A stretch of DNA of 64,000 nucleotides from NCBI GenBank assembly GCA_043228905.1, contig JBHGNT010000017.1:17856001-17920000 (forward strand), written 5' to 3'. Each line of letters starts with the position of its first letter. Position 1 is the stretch's first letter. This document shows positions 12,941 through 25,787 of this stretch, piece by piece. The notes under the pieces are model-generated. The model searched no databases. It saw only the letters and a list, made by a program, of their open reading frames with translations, and was not told the origin of the DNA. The stretch is from Azolla caroliniana. Taxonomy: Eukaryota; Plantae; Polypodiophyta. The position numbers were made by a program, and so were the translations under genes.

Positions 12941-15900
12941 ATGTATTTGAGCTCTCTCTCTCCTCCTCTTCCTCATGTGGGAGCCTCCCCTGCATCCACA
13001 AGTGCTCTGAAAATCACAATCACAACGGCAAGAAGAAGAAGAAGAAGAAGCACAATTTCATCTGGGTCCATTAGATGCCTTGTCTCATCTCTTGGTATGC
13101 GTTTTCCTTTTCATTTCCTCTGTTTTCTCCTCCCCCCCCCCCCCCCCCCCCCAAAAAAAAGACCTCGCAAACTTGCTCAAAGAGTATATGTTTTGAGGAA
13201 GATGAAAGGGCTGTTTTCATGACCATTTTTGTATGTTTTCTTAGATAGCACTTGCAATTGAGAACAGGAAAAGGAATGTATTTGTGAATATTCTGCCCAA
13301 ATAAGACAGTTAAGTTGCTCCAGTGAGGGGTTTTGGCCAAGGGCATTGGAGGAAATAATAGATGCATGCTGTTGCTCACCTATTTTTCTAGAAGATGCAG
13401 TTTGTTGCTATACTGAACATTATCAATGGCATATCACAATCTATTGTGAAGGACATCATTATCTCATGAAAAAGTATTGTGGATAAGATTGCTTTCCATT
13501 ACTTTGACAAAATCACTATCATGGTACAGAGGCATCACTACTAAGCAAGCCAATTTTTTTGTGCTATATTCTGTAAGGTGGAGGAATTATATAGCTCCAC
13601 AACAAATAAGATACGCCATTTTGTGAGAGGAAAGCTATAAACTTAGAAAGTGACTCATCGTGCTCTTAATGAACTATACACTTGAAATTGCAATTTGCAG
13701 TAAAGGTAGCAGCCTCCTCCAAATTGGGAGGTTCAAAATTGTAATTGAAATGAAATGAAAGACTGGATTTAGAATACATAGGGCCTTCAATTGTGCTTTG
13801 ATCGATTTCCCCCAACTAAAATTCATTATCATCTCATATTTTCAGATCATAATGCATTCGTAAAAGAAGTTGCTTTATTAGAACCACCGGCCAATCTTCA
13901 ATTAATGCTTGAGATTTTGCAAGAAAAAGGTATGTTTCTTATGATATTGTGACTTTGAAAAAATGTTGGGATTATAATTTACTTGCTACACTGCAAATGA
14001 TTTAGCTACCTACATTGAAGATGAAGTCTTATGTTAACTTCTTTGGTAATAATGATTGTCAACCTTAATTATTATCCAACTAAACACTTTCCTGTTCAAA
14101 AATAAATAAAAATCCCCACAATCATAAAGAGTTGTTCATTTTGTCAAATTGCTCATTGGTATGAGTCATGTTTTTCTGGGAATTGATTTTGTGTCTCATT
14201 CTCTACCTTATTAGGAAATTAAGGGGAAGGTCAAAAAAACCATTATTGTTTTGTTGAACTGAAGCTTGAATGTATTACCAAACACACTTCACCATCCATC
14301 CTTGTTCTTGTAATACTTCAAAATTCAGAACTAGCTTGTTTCAAGCATGAGGTTGAAACATATTTCTTGGCGGAAATATCAAGCTTTCAATTGGGATCTC
14401 AAAACCACATATCCAAAAGACACATGTCTTGTTCTAAACTACGTGACACACAGTAATTCAGTATGTTAAAGAAATTTTTTATATATAATATTGGTTTGAT
14501 AAAAGAATCTCTAAAAACATGCTCTAGCATTGCAAAGAGAACCATTGTAAGTAGTGTGCGCTTTGGGTAAGTTAGAAACTTGACGTTTAATATTCCTTTC
14601 AAGGTTATCCTCAGGTCTAGAGGCTCTATAATGGAATGCAAGTACTAAACCTGATAGTTACGCTGATCATAATATCTTTAATTATATTGACTCTTTTTTA
14701 AATTTCTAGGGGCTGAGGCTGTGTCCCCCACAAAGAAGAAAGGCATACTTCCTTTGGCTATACCACTTACAAAGGACACCTCAACAGGTAAGTTTATCTT
14801 CGTACTAATGGACTCCTATATGTTTATTTCTTAACACATAACGTGCATCTAAAAGTTGTACAAAAGGATAAGTGACAAAGAATTTATTGGTTCATTGTAA
14901 TATTAGACGTGAATTTAGAATTAAAGCCTAATGATCCTCTTGGAAAAGCTTCATACAAGAATCCGTTCAGGTAAGCACTTTTAAAGACATACTATATATT
15001 TCTCTATTAGGTACCCTTACAGCATTGTTGAGATGGCCAACACCACCTGAAGGGTGAGCTCATCGTTTTCTTTTTGTCAATTTTCTGTGCTTTCTTCCAG
15101 CAGCAATTTACTTTTAGTTCTAAAAATCATCATTGATTGTCTATGAACTTATGGAACTCCCTTTAACAGAATGGAAATGCCTGTGATTCAAGTCCAAAAG
15201 CATGGAATTCGATTACTTGCAAAAACTGTATGGTAACCACTCTTTATGCCCTTGAGCATGATTTGATTAAAGTAGAGTGCAACCTTTGCTTTCTCTACCA
15301 AGAAAATTTCTCTCTTGAAGTAGTCAATAAGTTTGAAGATACTATAAGATCAAGAAAGTATATTTTTTGTGGTTACAGCGTTAATTTTGGCAGGTAGACC
15401 AATATATCCACAGGCTACTAGTAGAGGATGATGCTGACAAAGAGTCAAATGGAAGCCTCGTGGAAAAGTGTGAGAGTGCCGGCTTCACATTATACAAAAA
15501 AGGTGAATTTGCAAAGTCAGGATTGCCAAATGTACCTGTATATCTCATGAAGAAGGTATAGATTATTGTTTTGTCATCCCTTCTGTCAAATCTCTTTCCG
15601 CAGCACTCATACCAAGGGCAGTCTCTTGCATTCATGGCCGTTCCTAGCAGTAGCCAGGAACCACTCCAATGGCTTCCCACGGGAACTTTTCATCTAAAAA
15701 ATTTCATCCTTCATTCATTATTTTGGACGAGGCTGAATATTTAGACCAATTATAATGCATCCTTTATGATTTAGCTTGCAAATTTCCAGTTTAGCCCAAG
15801 TGAATATTAATCAGAGTTCTATGAGTATGCCTAAGGTAGTGAAATACCCAGACCTCTCCATGAATTTCTGCTCATCATTTTGAGTAGATTTTAAATGTAG

Positions 15901-17268
15901 ATTACGATATGATACTGCTAATGCAATGCAAACATAGGCTCAACAAATACCAGAGAAAGGGAAAGTTTTATCTGGCTATATGCAACATATCCCCTAAGTT
16001 GGCAAACTGTAACCTCTCCATGAGTTTCTGCACATTTTTTGATATGGTTTTTATGTAGTTTACAAAATGATACCGGCAAGAGTGGTTAGGTATAATTTCT
16101 TTTTCATTTGTTCTTACAGATCAAAACTATTGTATTGAATTTCAGGTTGGGATGTTTCCAGATGTATTCGAATATTTGGCACATGAACATTTGAAACGAG
16201 GAGATGAGGTAGTGGAATGTCGGTAATTGGCATATGGGCATCCTATGAGAATAGGAAAACAGTTTTTTGTTTATGTATATAAAGCAATTTTTGCATTCTC
16301 GGATGATTTGATTTTGCTTACAACAAGGTTTCAGCATTGGTGACTGGAGAATTTTATGCAAGCAAAAAGCATTTCCCTGGGTTTGCACGGCCTTTTGTAT
16401 TCAACGCCGAACTCATGGTGAAGTATGTAGATGAAAGTTTAGATCTTATACTCAGTTCTGCTGAAGGTGTGACTACCTTGCTTAGGCATTTACTGGAATA
16501 TTATATTTGCAAATCCAAAATGCAGAGTCGGTCGCCAATTAGAAGCAAAGGATGCAGCAAAGGTAGCATTGAAGTCTCCTTGGTGGACCTTAGGGTGTGC
16601 ATATGAGGTATTTCATGGAACAATTTTTGAATATTTGTTATGAAAGAAGCACAATTCCTCTAGCTTATGATAAAAGATATGCCATTAGATTTGATCGAAT
16701 GTTTGGAGTTTACCATAAAAGAAGATATGCTTCAATATAAAAGAAAGTGTCTAGATAACCAGAAAAAGAAATGTGCTTTCGATCCAATCTACGTTATCAA
16801 TGATCATGAAAAGAAACTCTATTCCAAATCTAATTCGGGCAAGTTTCTTATTCAGGAAGTAGCTAAGATAGCTGGATGGGGAGATGAGCAAATAGAGTAT
16901 ATGAAAGAGAAGATAACAGAAGAGGGTCGAAAGGAAGAAGTGAACAAAGGGAAATTGCCTGCTCAGGTTAAAATTTTACATTCTATCGATAAAAACATAT
17001 CATGAATATAATGCGCAACAACTCGAGTCATTGTATCAGTCAGCGACCTAATCTAATTTTAAATTAGTCCGGAAATTTTAATGATAATAATCCTCTTTTT
17101 TGTTTTCCTTGGACTTGTATTCAGGTTGCACTCGACCAAGCTGCATTTTTGTTGGACCTTGCAACTGTAAATGGAAGCTGGGATGAAAGTCGTGAACAGC
17201 TAGCAGCCTTTTACCGGGAGGCTGGATTTGACCAATTCGCAGCTTTTGTAGCTCTTACAGATGTGTAA
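12941..17268 (+). CDS. PAB: Protein in chloroplast ATPase biogenesis (At4g34090-like). Exons 12941-13094, 13846-13929, 14710-14787, 15011-15053, 15170-15227, 15394-15555, 16146-16208, 16328-16422, 16526-16607, 16856-16966, 17125-17268
   Basis: Ser/Arg-rich transit-peptide-like N-terminus. Spliced translation gives GILPLAIPL, TALLRWPTPPEGMEMPV, VSALVTGEFY..FPGFARPFV, ALKSPWWTLGC and QVALDQAAFLLDLA, which match PAB as recalled. GT-AG junctions are in phase. Confidence 0.88.
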
Positions 17269-17890
17269 TAGATTTTGCATATTTATTGGAAATTTCAGTT
17301 AAAGATTAGATATATTATTTTTTCCATTCCTTAAAAAATGAGGGTGCTCTCATTCATGTTCCTTTGATCAATCAATACGGGAAGTCACCAACCATCTAAA
17401 TCAATTTCCAATTACTAGTTGGAAATTTATCACAAACATCGCCATAGTTGCCCATCATGTTACTGCCATTATTTTAACACTCTAGAGACAAAGTATGGCC
17501 TAAGGGTACAATGTCCCCTAATATCATCTGATTTCTTCGATTGTTATCTGGGCACTTGGCGATGGATGTTTTTCTTGCAGGGAAATAGAAATTTCTAATT
17601 TCCTTGATTGGAAAATATTTTTTTTTGTATTTCCTTGTTCGGATATGTATTTATAAATGATTATATTATTTCACCTCTTTTCAATAAGCTGTTTTTCTTT
17701 TCATTATAATCTAAGTTCGATATTCCCTTGATTTTCCCGTGTTCATTTTTAAGGCGTTGAATAATGTTTGAAACATCCCACAAAGGATTGATGTGTCGAC
17801 GAGCTTGCGCTATCTTAGTATTGTGTAGTTTCTCAAATGTTTTGATGCAACTTTATTAGATGGGTCATGTTTGAGAGTAGAAATGGTAAT

Positions 17891-18249
17891 CTTTGTACAC
17901 ATTTTTGTAATGCATTCTTGACTCCATTAATGCATCTGCCTCTACTGTAGCATTGGTCTATCAACATCCTTTTCAACCTGATCTCATATGTTTTATGATG
18001 TTTTGCATTTCTTTTAGCTTTTGCAGCTCACTATTTTTTGCATGTATTTTTCTGTCCAACATCATCGCTTTGTACACATTTTTGTAATGCATTCTTGACT
18101 CCATTAATGCATCTGCCTCTACTGTAGCATTGGTCTATCAACATCCTTTTCAACCTGATCTCATATGTTTTATGATGTTTTGCATTTCTTTTAGCTTTTG
18201 CAGCTCACTATTTTTTGCATGTATTTTTCTGTCCAACATCATCGCTTTG
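17891..18249. repeat. Exact 177-bp tandem duplication
   Basis: ctttgtacacatttttgtaatgc... starts at both 17891 and 18068. A third ctttg at 18245 closes the array. Confidence 0.9.
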
Positions 18250-18899
18250 CTGTGTTTACATTTTCTTGGTATTGCTTTTTACTCTGTGTTTTCTTTATTG
18301 AGCGTGATTTCTCTTGTTCATTGGTCTTGTATAGGTGTTTAGATTGATTGTTTTTGCTGCTCTTTCACGTTCCAACAACAAAGGCGTCAACCGCAAGCTT
18401 GAGGTTCAATGACTAAAATGTGCTAACTTGAGATGATGCAAACTTAGCTAGAGGAGAGAACTAAAGTCCATCTCATGCAAATAAGTAAAATAGCACAACC
18501 ATACAAAAATGTATCCTCTTTTATGAGTGAAGAGAAGATTGTGACAATAAACTACAACATGAAGAAAAATCTAACTTGCTTAGCTAGACAAAAAGATAAA
18601 TGGACATATGTAGGTAATATATTATATAACACAACTAGGGAAAAAGATCACTTAAGCTAGCATCCTTCTTGTGTATTAAAACAAGATTGCACAACCCTTT
18701 TGATGCACTTGGTATGAAGTATGGGAATTTCAATTGTTCAATCATCTTGATCATTAGGTCACTAATTAATTTATGTTTTTCTTTTTATACTAACCTGTTT
18801 TGCATTGTCACTTTTTCTGTTTTTTATGCATTTCTCCCTTTTTTCTCCTTATTCATCACTCCCCTAGTCCTAATTGTCATCCTCTTCATTCACCTCAAG

Positions 18900-20830
18900 G
18901 TTATCGAGGTGGAGCTCCTCTTGTCACTTCTTGTAGATCTTTACATGTTTTCCCGCTAGCCTAGTTCCATCTAGTTCAACGAGGTGGTAGGTGGCATTAT
19001 CATTTGTGTTTATCACCACATATGGGCCCAAACCACCGTTTTATGACCTTCATCATCGAGCTTTGTTGATTTTTGAGGCTTTTGAACATGATCACCCAAT
19101 CTCCTTCTTTGATCTTCTTTGGTTGCAGTCAGTGCATATTGTCAAACCTTCTAGTCCATTGCCAACTCCAAGTCTTCCAATCTCCTCATCTCGTCGATGA
19201 TCTAATAATCTCGTTCGTTTATACATGAGCTCTACTGGCATAAACCTTATATGGGTGGTTCTATCATATGGTGTAAGGCATCAACGGAGGCCAATTTCCA
19301 ACTCTTCCTACACAGACCTTGACTATAGCTTTGACTATGGAACAAGGACCACATTATATCTTCTTGTTGGCATCTTGGTTATATGTAGTTGTAAAGGAAA
19401 ACTTTACTTCTAGTCGCTCAAAGTGTTGTCTTCCATACACACTCGTAGTGGCACATGACATCTTGTACCAAGTACTTGCACACAACCATCGTAGTTTTGT
19501 TTCTTAGGGCCCTTCCTTTCACATGGTTCATAAGGTCCTCCTAACAAGCACCATATACTTCATCTATCCCACTCCCATTGGCATGTATACTAAGTCCACC
19601 ATCCTTTGAAATGTATGTCTAGTGGGTAGGTTGGGTGCAACTCATCTCTATGCTATACATTTGAGTGTACTTGGTAGCTTTCACATGTATCTAGAATTGA
19701 GGTAGTGGGTGACATCCTTGTATATTCTTGGCCACCATTACTTCTGTTTTAACTTTGCAAAGGTTTCCCACGTAGCCCTTTGGCATGCATGACTATCATG
19801 GAACTCATACAACAAAGTTGTCTTTTCCTCCCTGTAAAGTTTAAACCACTCTTACGGGCGTTCTTGTTCTCTCGTCGGGTTCTCCGAAACATACTCACCT
19901 TGTAGGAAGTATTTTTACCTTCATCTAAATCCTTTGGTGCCTCCTCATTGGTTCATTAAGGGTCCACTGTCATTGAGCTCAAGAACCTGGCTATATGTAC
20001 CACTTCCATTCTAAATCATATTCACTTTTGTAAAGACGTTGAGAAGTTGTACTTTTCAATCCTCAAGAGTTGCATAGGCCGGCAACATCTCACTTTCGCC
20101 TCATACCTTGAGAACATGTCTACCATGGCATTGTTCTTTCCTGGGATGTGATGGACCTCTGCATTAATTCACTTTATGTACGCAATCGACCTTAAGACGC
20201 TACATCCAGTTTTTCACACCTAGATATCATACATACCTAAGATTAGAGAATAATATGTTTTGATCACTACCTTTGTGCGTATTAGGTAACCCTTATTTGC
20301 TTTAACCATAGCCACAATTCCGCCCCTTCACTTGGGTATAACCCTTTTGCCTCTCATTGAGTGCATTGGCCGTAAATCGTATAGCATATCATCTCTCCTC
20401 TTCACTCTCTTGATTGATGACCCACCTAATCTTGGTTGGACTCTTAACAATCACATAGATGGGTACACCCTCTTCATACATGAACTTTGTCAATGCTAGC
20501 AGCCTAACACCACCAGAAATATTCTCTTAAACCTTCTTAATGCCTCCATGTGCTTTTTCTTCCCACTTGAACTTCCACCCATTCTTGAGTAGCCCATATA
20601 AGGGCATATCTATGTGAGAGTAATGGGGGATGCAAATGTGCTTCAAAGCATAGGCACCTAGGAATCACCTCACCTCAGTTTGCGACTTGCCATCCTCCTT
20701 CATCTCTTTGATGGCATCTACCTTTATAGCCTACACAAGTGCCCTACCAAAAGAATATCTAATTGCCCAATAGACAACTTCCTACCTGAGAATGAGAAAT
20801 GTGCATCATCTTATCTCTCCAAGACTTTGT
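18900..20830 (-). mobile_element. Highly degenerate Ty3/Gypsy pol relic (RT-RNaseH-integrase)
   Basis: Minus-strand remnants include IAYIK..NAEVHHIPGKNNAMVDMFSR (end of Gypsy RNaseH, ~20110-20190) and FLGAYAL..ICIPHYS (RT). No long ORF survives; boundaries are approximate. Confidence 0.6.
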
Positions 20831-21293
20831 TAGAGTCTAACTAATTAATTAAGCAAAACATAAGGAATTATTGACCAAAGAAAGGAAAGAGGGTGCAAAA
20901 CCACCCATTCACCCCCAAACAATGGCATGAGACTGCCCCGAACCTTCTTGATATCCCATACCATCGAGGGTTGATGTGAGTTGTACCGTGGGTTCAGTAA
21001 GGTTCACACATGCTTAGCTAACAAGAGCCATAACCACACAATTATAATCTCAACATAAGCCAAGCCTCCCTTCATAAGAAGGTAACAAGCCTCCTTATAT
21101 AGGCAGAAACCCTAGGCCCTAATGTGTTCACACTTGATTGATTTATTTGAAGTGGTCAAGTGATAACATGCTTAATAATTATCCCACACCGTAGAATTGA
21201 ATATTACAACTTATGCCTTCCTTTCTTTCAGAATTAACTCACATGTACTCATCATAAGTGAAGAGATAGGACCGTAAGTAGACAAGAAAGATG

Positions 21294-23123
21294 TGTTGAA
21301 ATATTCACATGGTATATAGAAAATAGCAAAATACACAATACACAATTTTTACGTGGAAACCCTAAACATGGGAAAACCACGGGAACAGATATTTCACTAT
21401 AGGAAAACATTACAGAAGACAAAAAAAACACAGGTTACAACTCTTTGTAACTCAGAGAATACCCCCTAGGGTTTAAGGCAAGTTCCATTGAACTATGCCG
21501 CCACTCTCTCTCACGCATCTCTCTTCTTACCTTCATTATATTCTGCACTACACTCACTATGTTTGCCCTAGGTCTATTTATACTCATACACAGTATGGGC
21601 TATTTACTAACATAGCTTTCAATATTATTATTATTATTAATCTTAGTTGATCAGCTGACTAATCGACTCCTATGTCGATTTTTCAATCTGCCCGACTAGC
21701 CAACTCCCATGTCATAAGGTACCGTCTGCCTCGATGAGAAGGAGCATCCACATAGCACACATCCGTGTGGACCAGTTCTAGTGCACATTCTCTCCTTTTT
21801 GGTGATCTTGAGTGGAATACTTCTTTGTTTTGATTTCCGACCAAGCAATTGACACACTTCTCCAAGTGCACTCCATTTACTTCTGGAAAGAGTTTCCGAT
21901 TGATTAGGATATGCATTCCCTTCTCGCTTATATGGCCAAGCCACTTATGCCATATCTCTATGCTTGAGTTGTCAACCACATTTGCTTCATCCTTGCATAA
22001 CGTTTCTTGCATCATATACAATGTGCCTTGTTTTCGTGCTCGGGCCACTATGAGATTCCTCGACATAACTTCTATTTTCCATTTCGAAAGATACCATTGT
22101 AGCCTTCATCGTGCAATCTTCCAGTTGATATCAGGGACATGTCGAAGATCCCTCAGGGTCAGCCAACAACCAGTCGACGTTGTCATGCACACACTTCCAA
22201 TGCCGGCTATCTTGCATTCTCGATTATCTCCCATCTTCACATAGTCATAGTCACCGGTTGCGTAAGACAAGAACCACTCTCTCGAGGGAGTTATATGCAA
22301 CGATGCACCGGAGTCAATCACCTACGTGCACTCTTCATTTGCAAGGTTTGCACTTGCTTGCATGCAAATGAACATGAGTTCCCCTTCACTCGTAGTGACG
22401 GTTGTAGTGCCCTTCTCATGAGAAATCTTTCTAGGTTCGACATCATTCAAGACACATTTGTCCTTCTTAAGGTGTCGATAGTCCTTCTGAAAGTGTTCAA
22501 GTTTTCCATAATGAAAGCATGTAAGCTTACCTCTGGACTTGGATCTGGTATGGGACTTGTTCCTTCTTTGTTTGTTCCTTCCTCTGCCTGAATGTTGCAA
22601 CACATTTGCCTCTGACTGGGTCACGACACCCTTTTCCTTTCATCTTGTCTCCTCATTCAAGATACTTGTCTTTACCACTTGTAGAGACAGGTTTTCTTCT
22701 TGAAACGAGGTGTTGAGAGTCACCACCAGGTTCTCCCAACTGTCTAGTAGGGTACACAACAACAACAGGGCTTGCATAGCATCATCAAGGGGGAACTTAG
22801 CTGTCGCAAGTTGATTTACTAGCCCCATGAATGTGTTGATGTGCACTACTATGTTTTCGTCGTCTTTGTACTTTAGCCTTACTATCTTTCTCATGAAAGA
22901 TGTCTTGTGGAGGGCATCCTTCCTCTCATAGAACCTTGACAACTTCTGCCATATCTCGTAGGCATTAGTGTTGTTAGCCACATGCAGAAGGACACTTACA
23001 TCTACACATTGTCTGATGGTGGCCACCACCTTCTTGTTTAGGAGTTTCCATTCAGACTCTAATACCCCTGTGGGTATTTCTTCTCTATCGATGGGCTTGT
23101 ACAACTCTTTGACAATTAGAAGA
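21294..23123 (-). mobile_element. Degenerate Tnt1/Tork-like Copia: 3' LTR plus gag-protease-partial integrase; RT deleted; 5' part displaced by the Sola1-like insertion
   Basis: Broken ORFs 22640-23104, 22322-22624, 22106-22321 (IDSGASLHIT) and 21683-22066 (LELVHTDV) closely resemble the element at 47416-52758. The LTR-like segment shares the cgtggaaaccc..gggaaaaccacgg motif. Confidence 0.8.
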
Positions 23124-23418
23124 ACACCAGGTCATTTGAAACAGGTAATATGTCGCAATTTAAGAACAATCCGTCCAAAAAAGGCACAAAGTAGGTCATT
23201 TCACAAAAAGGACCATCGCATACATAAAGGGTTTTGGAAATTGAATCAAAATATATTGATTTATACCATGTCTAAAAATTTAGGGCTTTCAAAAAATGCC
23301 CCTAATAATCGACACATGAAATTTACAAGAGAACGTACAAAAATTACAAAATGACTAACATGTATATTTATACATATTTGTGAATCGCCATATTGATGTA
23401 ACATACAATATTTACATT

Positions 23419-25544
23419 TCATATATGAGATCCATCACTTCCTAGACATACGCCTTCCCCTTTAGACCCACCCGATGAACTAGAAGAGCTTTGTGAGGTC
23501 TCATCCTCATCATCACTAGCAACCAATGCATTGTCTTCATCCAATTGCAATCCAATGTCTCCGTGATTATGAGACATACTCCTTGTTCGTCTCTGTGTTG
23601 CGTCAACAGGCACATCTGGGATTTTCTCTTTTATTACCTTGATTGTAGTCTATCGTAGATGGCCTGTTTTGGTCAAGGAGAAGTCATACACGAGTATGTC
23701 GACATTATCAAGTGCTAGAGTAGACGTGCTTGGTATATTCTTTCTTCTCCACTTTCTGCTTGTGCCTTCGACATCCTTAACCATCTCTAAAGAGTACTTC
23801 CCAATAAATGCATCTTTGGAAGAGGTATGATACCAATGAACCATAATAGATTTTACTTGATTGCCTTCATCATCCTTAATAATTTCAATGATTTTGACAA
23901 TCCAGAAGGGATGGCCCAACTTATCACCCCCAGCTAATGTTGCAACCAACATACCAACTTGTAGCTCATGTAGATTGCCTTGCCACCTCGCCTCTGCAAC
24001 ATGCGATAATCTTGGTCCCACGCAAATATCTCTTTGTTGTGGAGGAACTAGATTATTCAATTCAAGATTATCTAGTGGTTGTAAAGGAGTCATGCTCGCC
24101 ATTGATGGGCCACCAAGCGCCCATTCGAATTGATTTTGTAGTGGCCAATACCCTGTAAAGTGGTTATCTAATATTGTATGTTGATTATTAAAGAAGACAT
24201 CCCACCAATCCACATCCTGATCACCAACGTACTTTTTGGTTCGCTCAATATTTTTCTGTTTTTCCTCAAGGCACGACATCCAATATATCTTTTGCTCTTC
24301 AATTGAACTACCAACAACCAATCTTTTATGGTCATCATAGGGCATTTGCTTAGCACCATAGATTATTGCATCTGGGAAATGCAATAAGAGCCTACATCAG
24401 TCTTGTGGCTCCCATTGCGAACTAGATGAGTATTGTTTTGCATACAACATGGTTTGGTTGTAACCGAACACACTTTTTTGGATGAGGAAGATGTGGTTAA
24501 AACTTATATTATTAAGCGGAGCAAGAGCCCTACATCTAGTCCCATCACCATCCAAACAAAAGCGTTTGAAATCATATACTTCATCTAAATGTTGCACATC
24601 TGGCTTGGGGGTATAAGCTTTAGCGATCAAACTTGATAGCATAGGAAGTGTGAAAGCATCGCACCTCGCTAATTTCTTGGAGAACCTACTAAACATTTGA
24701 TCTATGTGATTATGTGTATGAACAACTAACAAGAAGTTGACCTTAATCTTTTTGAAAATACCCTTGTCTACTAACATGCTCAAATAACCAAACACAGTTG
24801 AGTTCTTGTTTTCTCTCGCCGTGTTGTCAAGTTGCACGTATAGTACTGGTGGGAGTAAACCTTGCCAACTCTGCAGAACTATTTGCATGACTGTCACTGT
24901 AAGATTAGGGTCGTTGTGGATATTTGGATAAGTTAGGAACACTTGAGGCCTTATTGTTTAACAATACAGAAGACATCCTACTAAATGCATCTGCACTAGG
25001 CATTCATCTCCAACATCCTTGGGCAACCTTCGAAAATGTGGCAAACAAGTTTTCTTAACAAGTTGTATATTGGCAATCAAGAATGTATCTTGTTTGTCGC
25101 CATTAAGAGACAAATACTTTTGTTGCAACCCCCGCAAGATTGCCTTTCCAAATTTTGATCGACAAAGGCTCCCACAACATACCTTGCATATATCAATTGC
25201 AATTTGGGATCTGAACACAGAAAATTATATCGTTTAACACTCACTTGTCGAGGAACTCTTCGAAAATTTAGAGGCTTGTTGACACAGTCGTCGTCAACTT
25301 TCGATAAACTAGACTTGTCATGATTTGTATCTACTTTAATATTTCTTATTTTACCTAAGTTAAAAGGCTCTATCGAAAAAAGTGACGTCAAACTTTGCTC
25401 TCGACCGTCGTTTGACTTTATATGGCACTGTTTATTATTAACATGGTTATATTCCTTGATTGAGAATAACGAGTTATCAGATAATTTAATAGGCTCAATA
25501 GAAAACAGAGAATTTTTATTCGAGTTTGAGGACATTTTGAGCAA
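23419..25544 (-). pseudogene. Sola1-like DDD transposase with C-terminal BAH-like domain; broken and internally deleted
   Basis: PPVLYVQLDNTARENKN and KVNFLLVVHTHNHIDQMFSR (the DN..xNKN / GHTHxxIDQxFS signature), N-terminal CKVCC..CRS cysteines, and a tail with FWIVKIIEI..IMVHWYH. Split across ORFs 25077-25544, 24958-25218, 24397-24942 and 23650-24384. Confidence 0.72.
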
Positions 25545-25787
25545 GGCTAACTAAGATCACGGGAGTCCAAAATAGGCTCAAGTTTAGTTCTATAATAAGC
25601 ACCATGTCCAAAAGCATTTAAACAATTAAAAATTTAAAAAAATAAAATAAAAAACAACAATATATAAGGGGAAGTCATCTTCTCATTGTCATTATCACGT
25701 TCAAGCAACAGAAGAACACAAGAGCACAGAGCAACCAAGACTTCCAGTTTTCGCCTCTTTGGTCAAGTCGACACCAACATCAACATC

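Noticed and set aside
13132-13160. C21 run followed by an A run in PAB intron 1
   Set aside because: A simple homopolymer of unreliable length with no supporting functional context.
16667-17005. 112-aa ORF as a separate gene
   Set aside because: It is PAB exon 10 (16856-16966) plus open intronic flanks.
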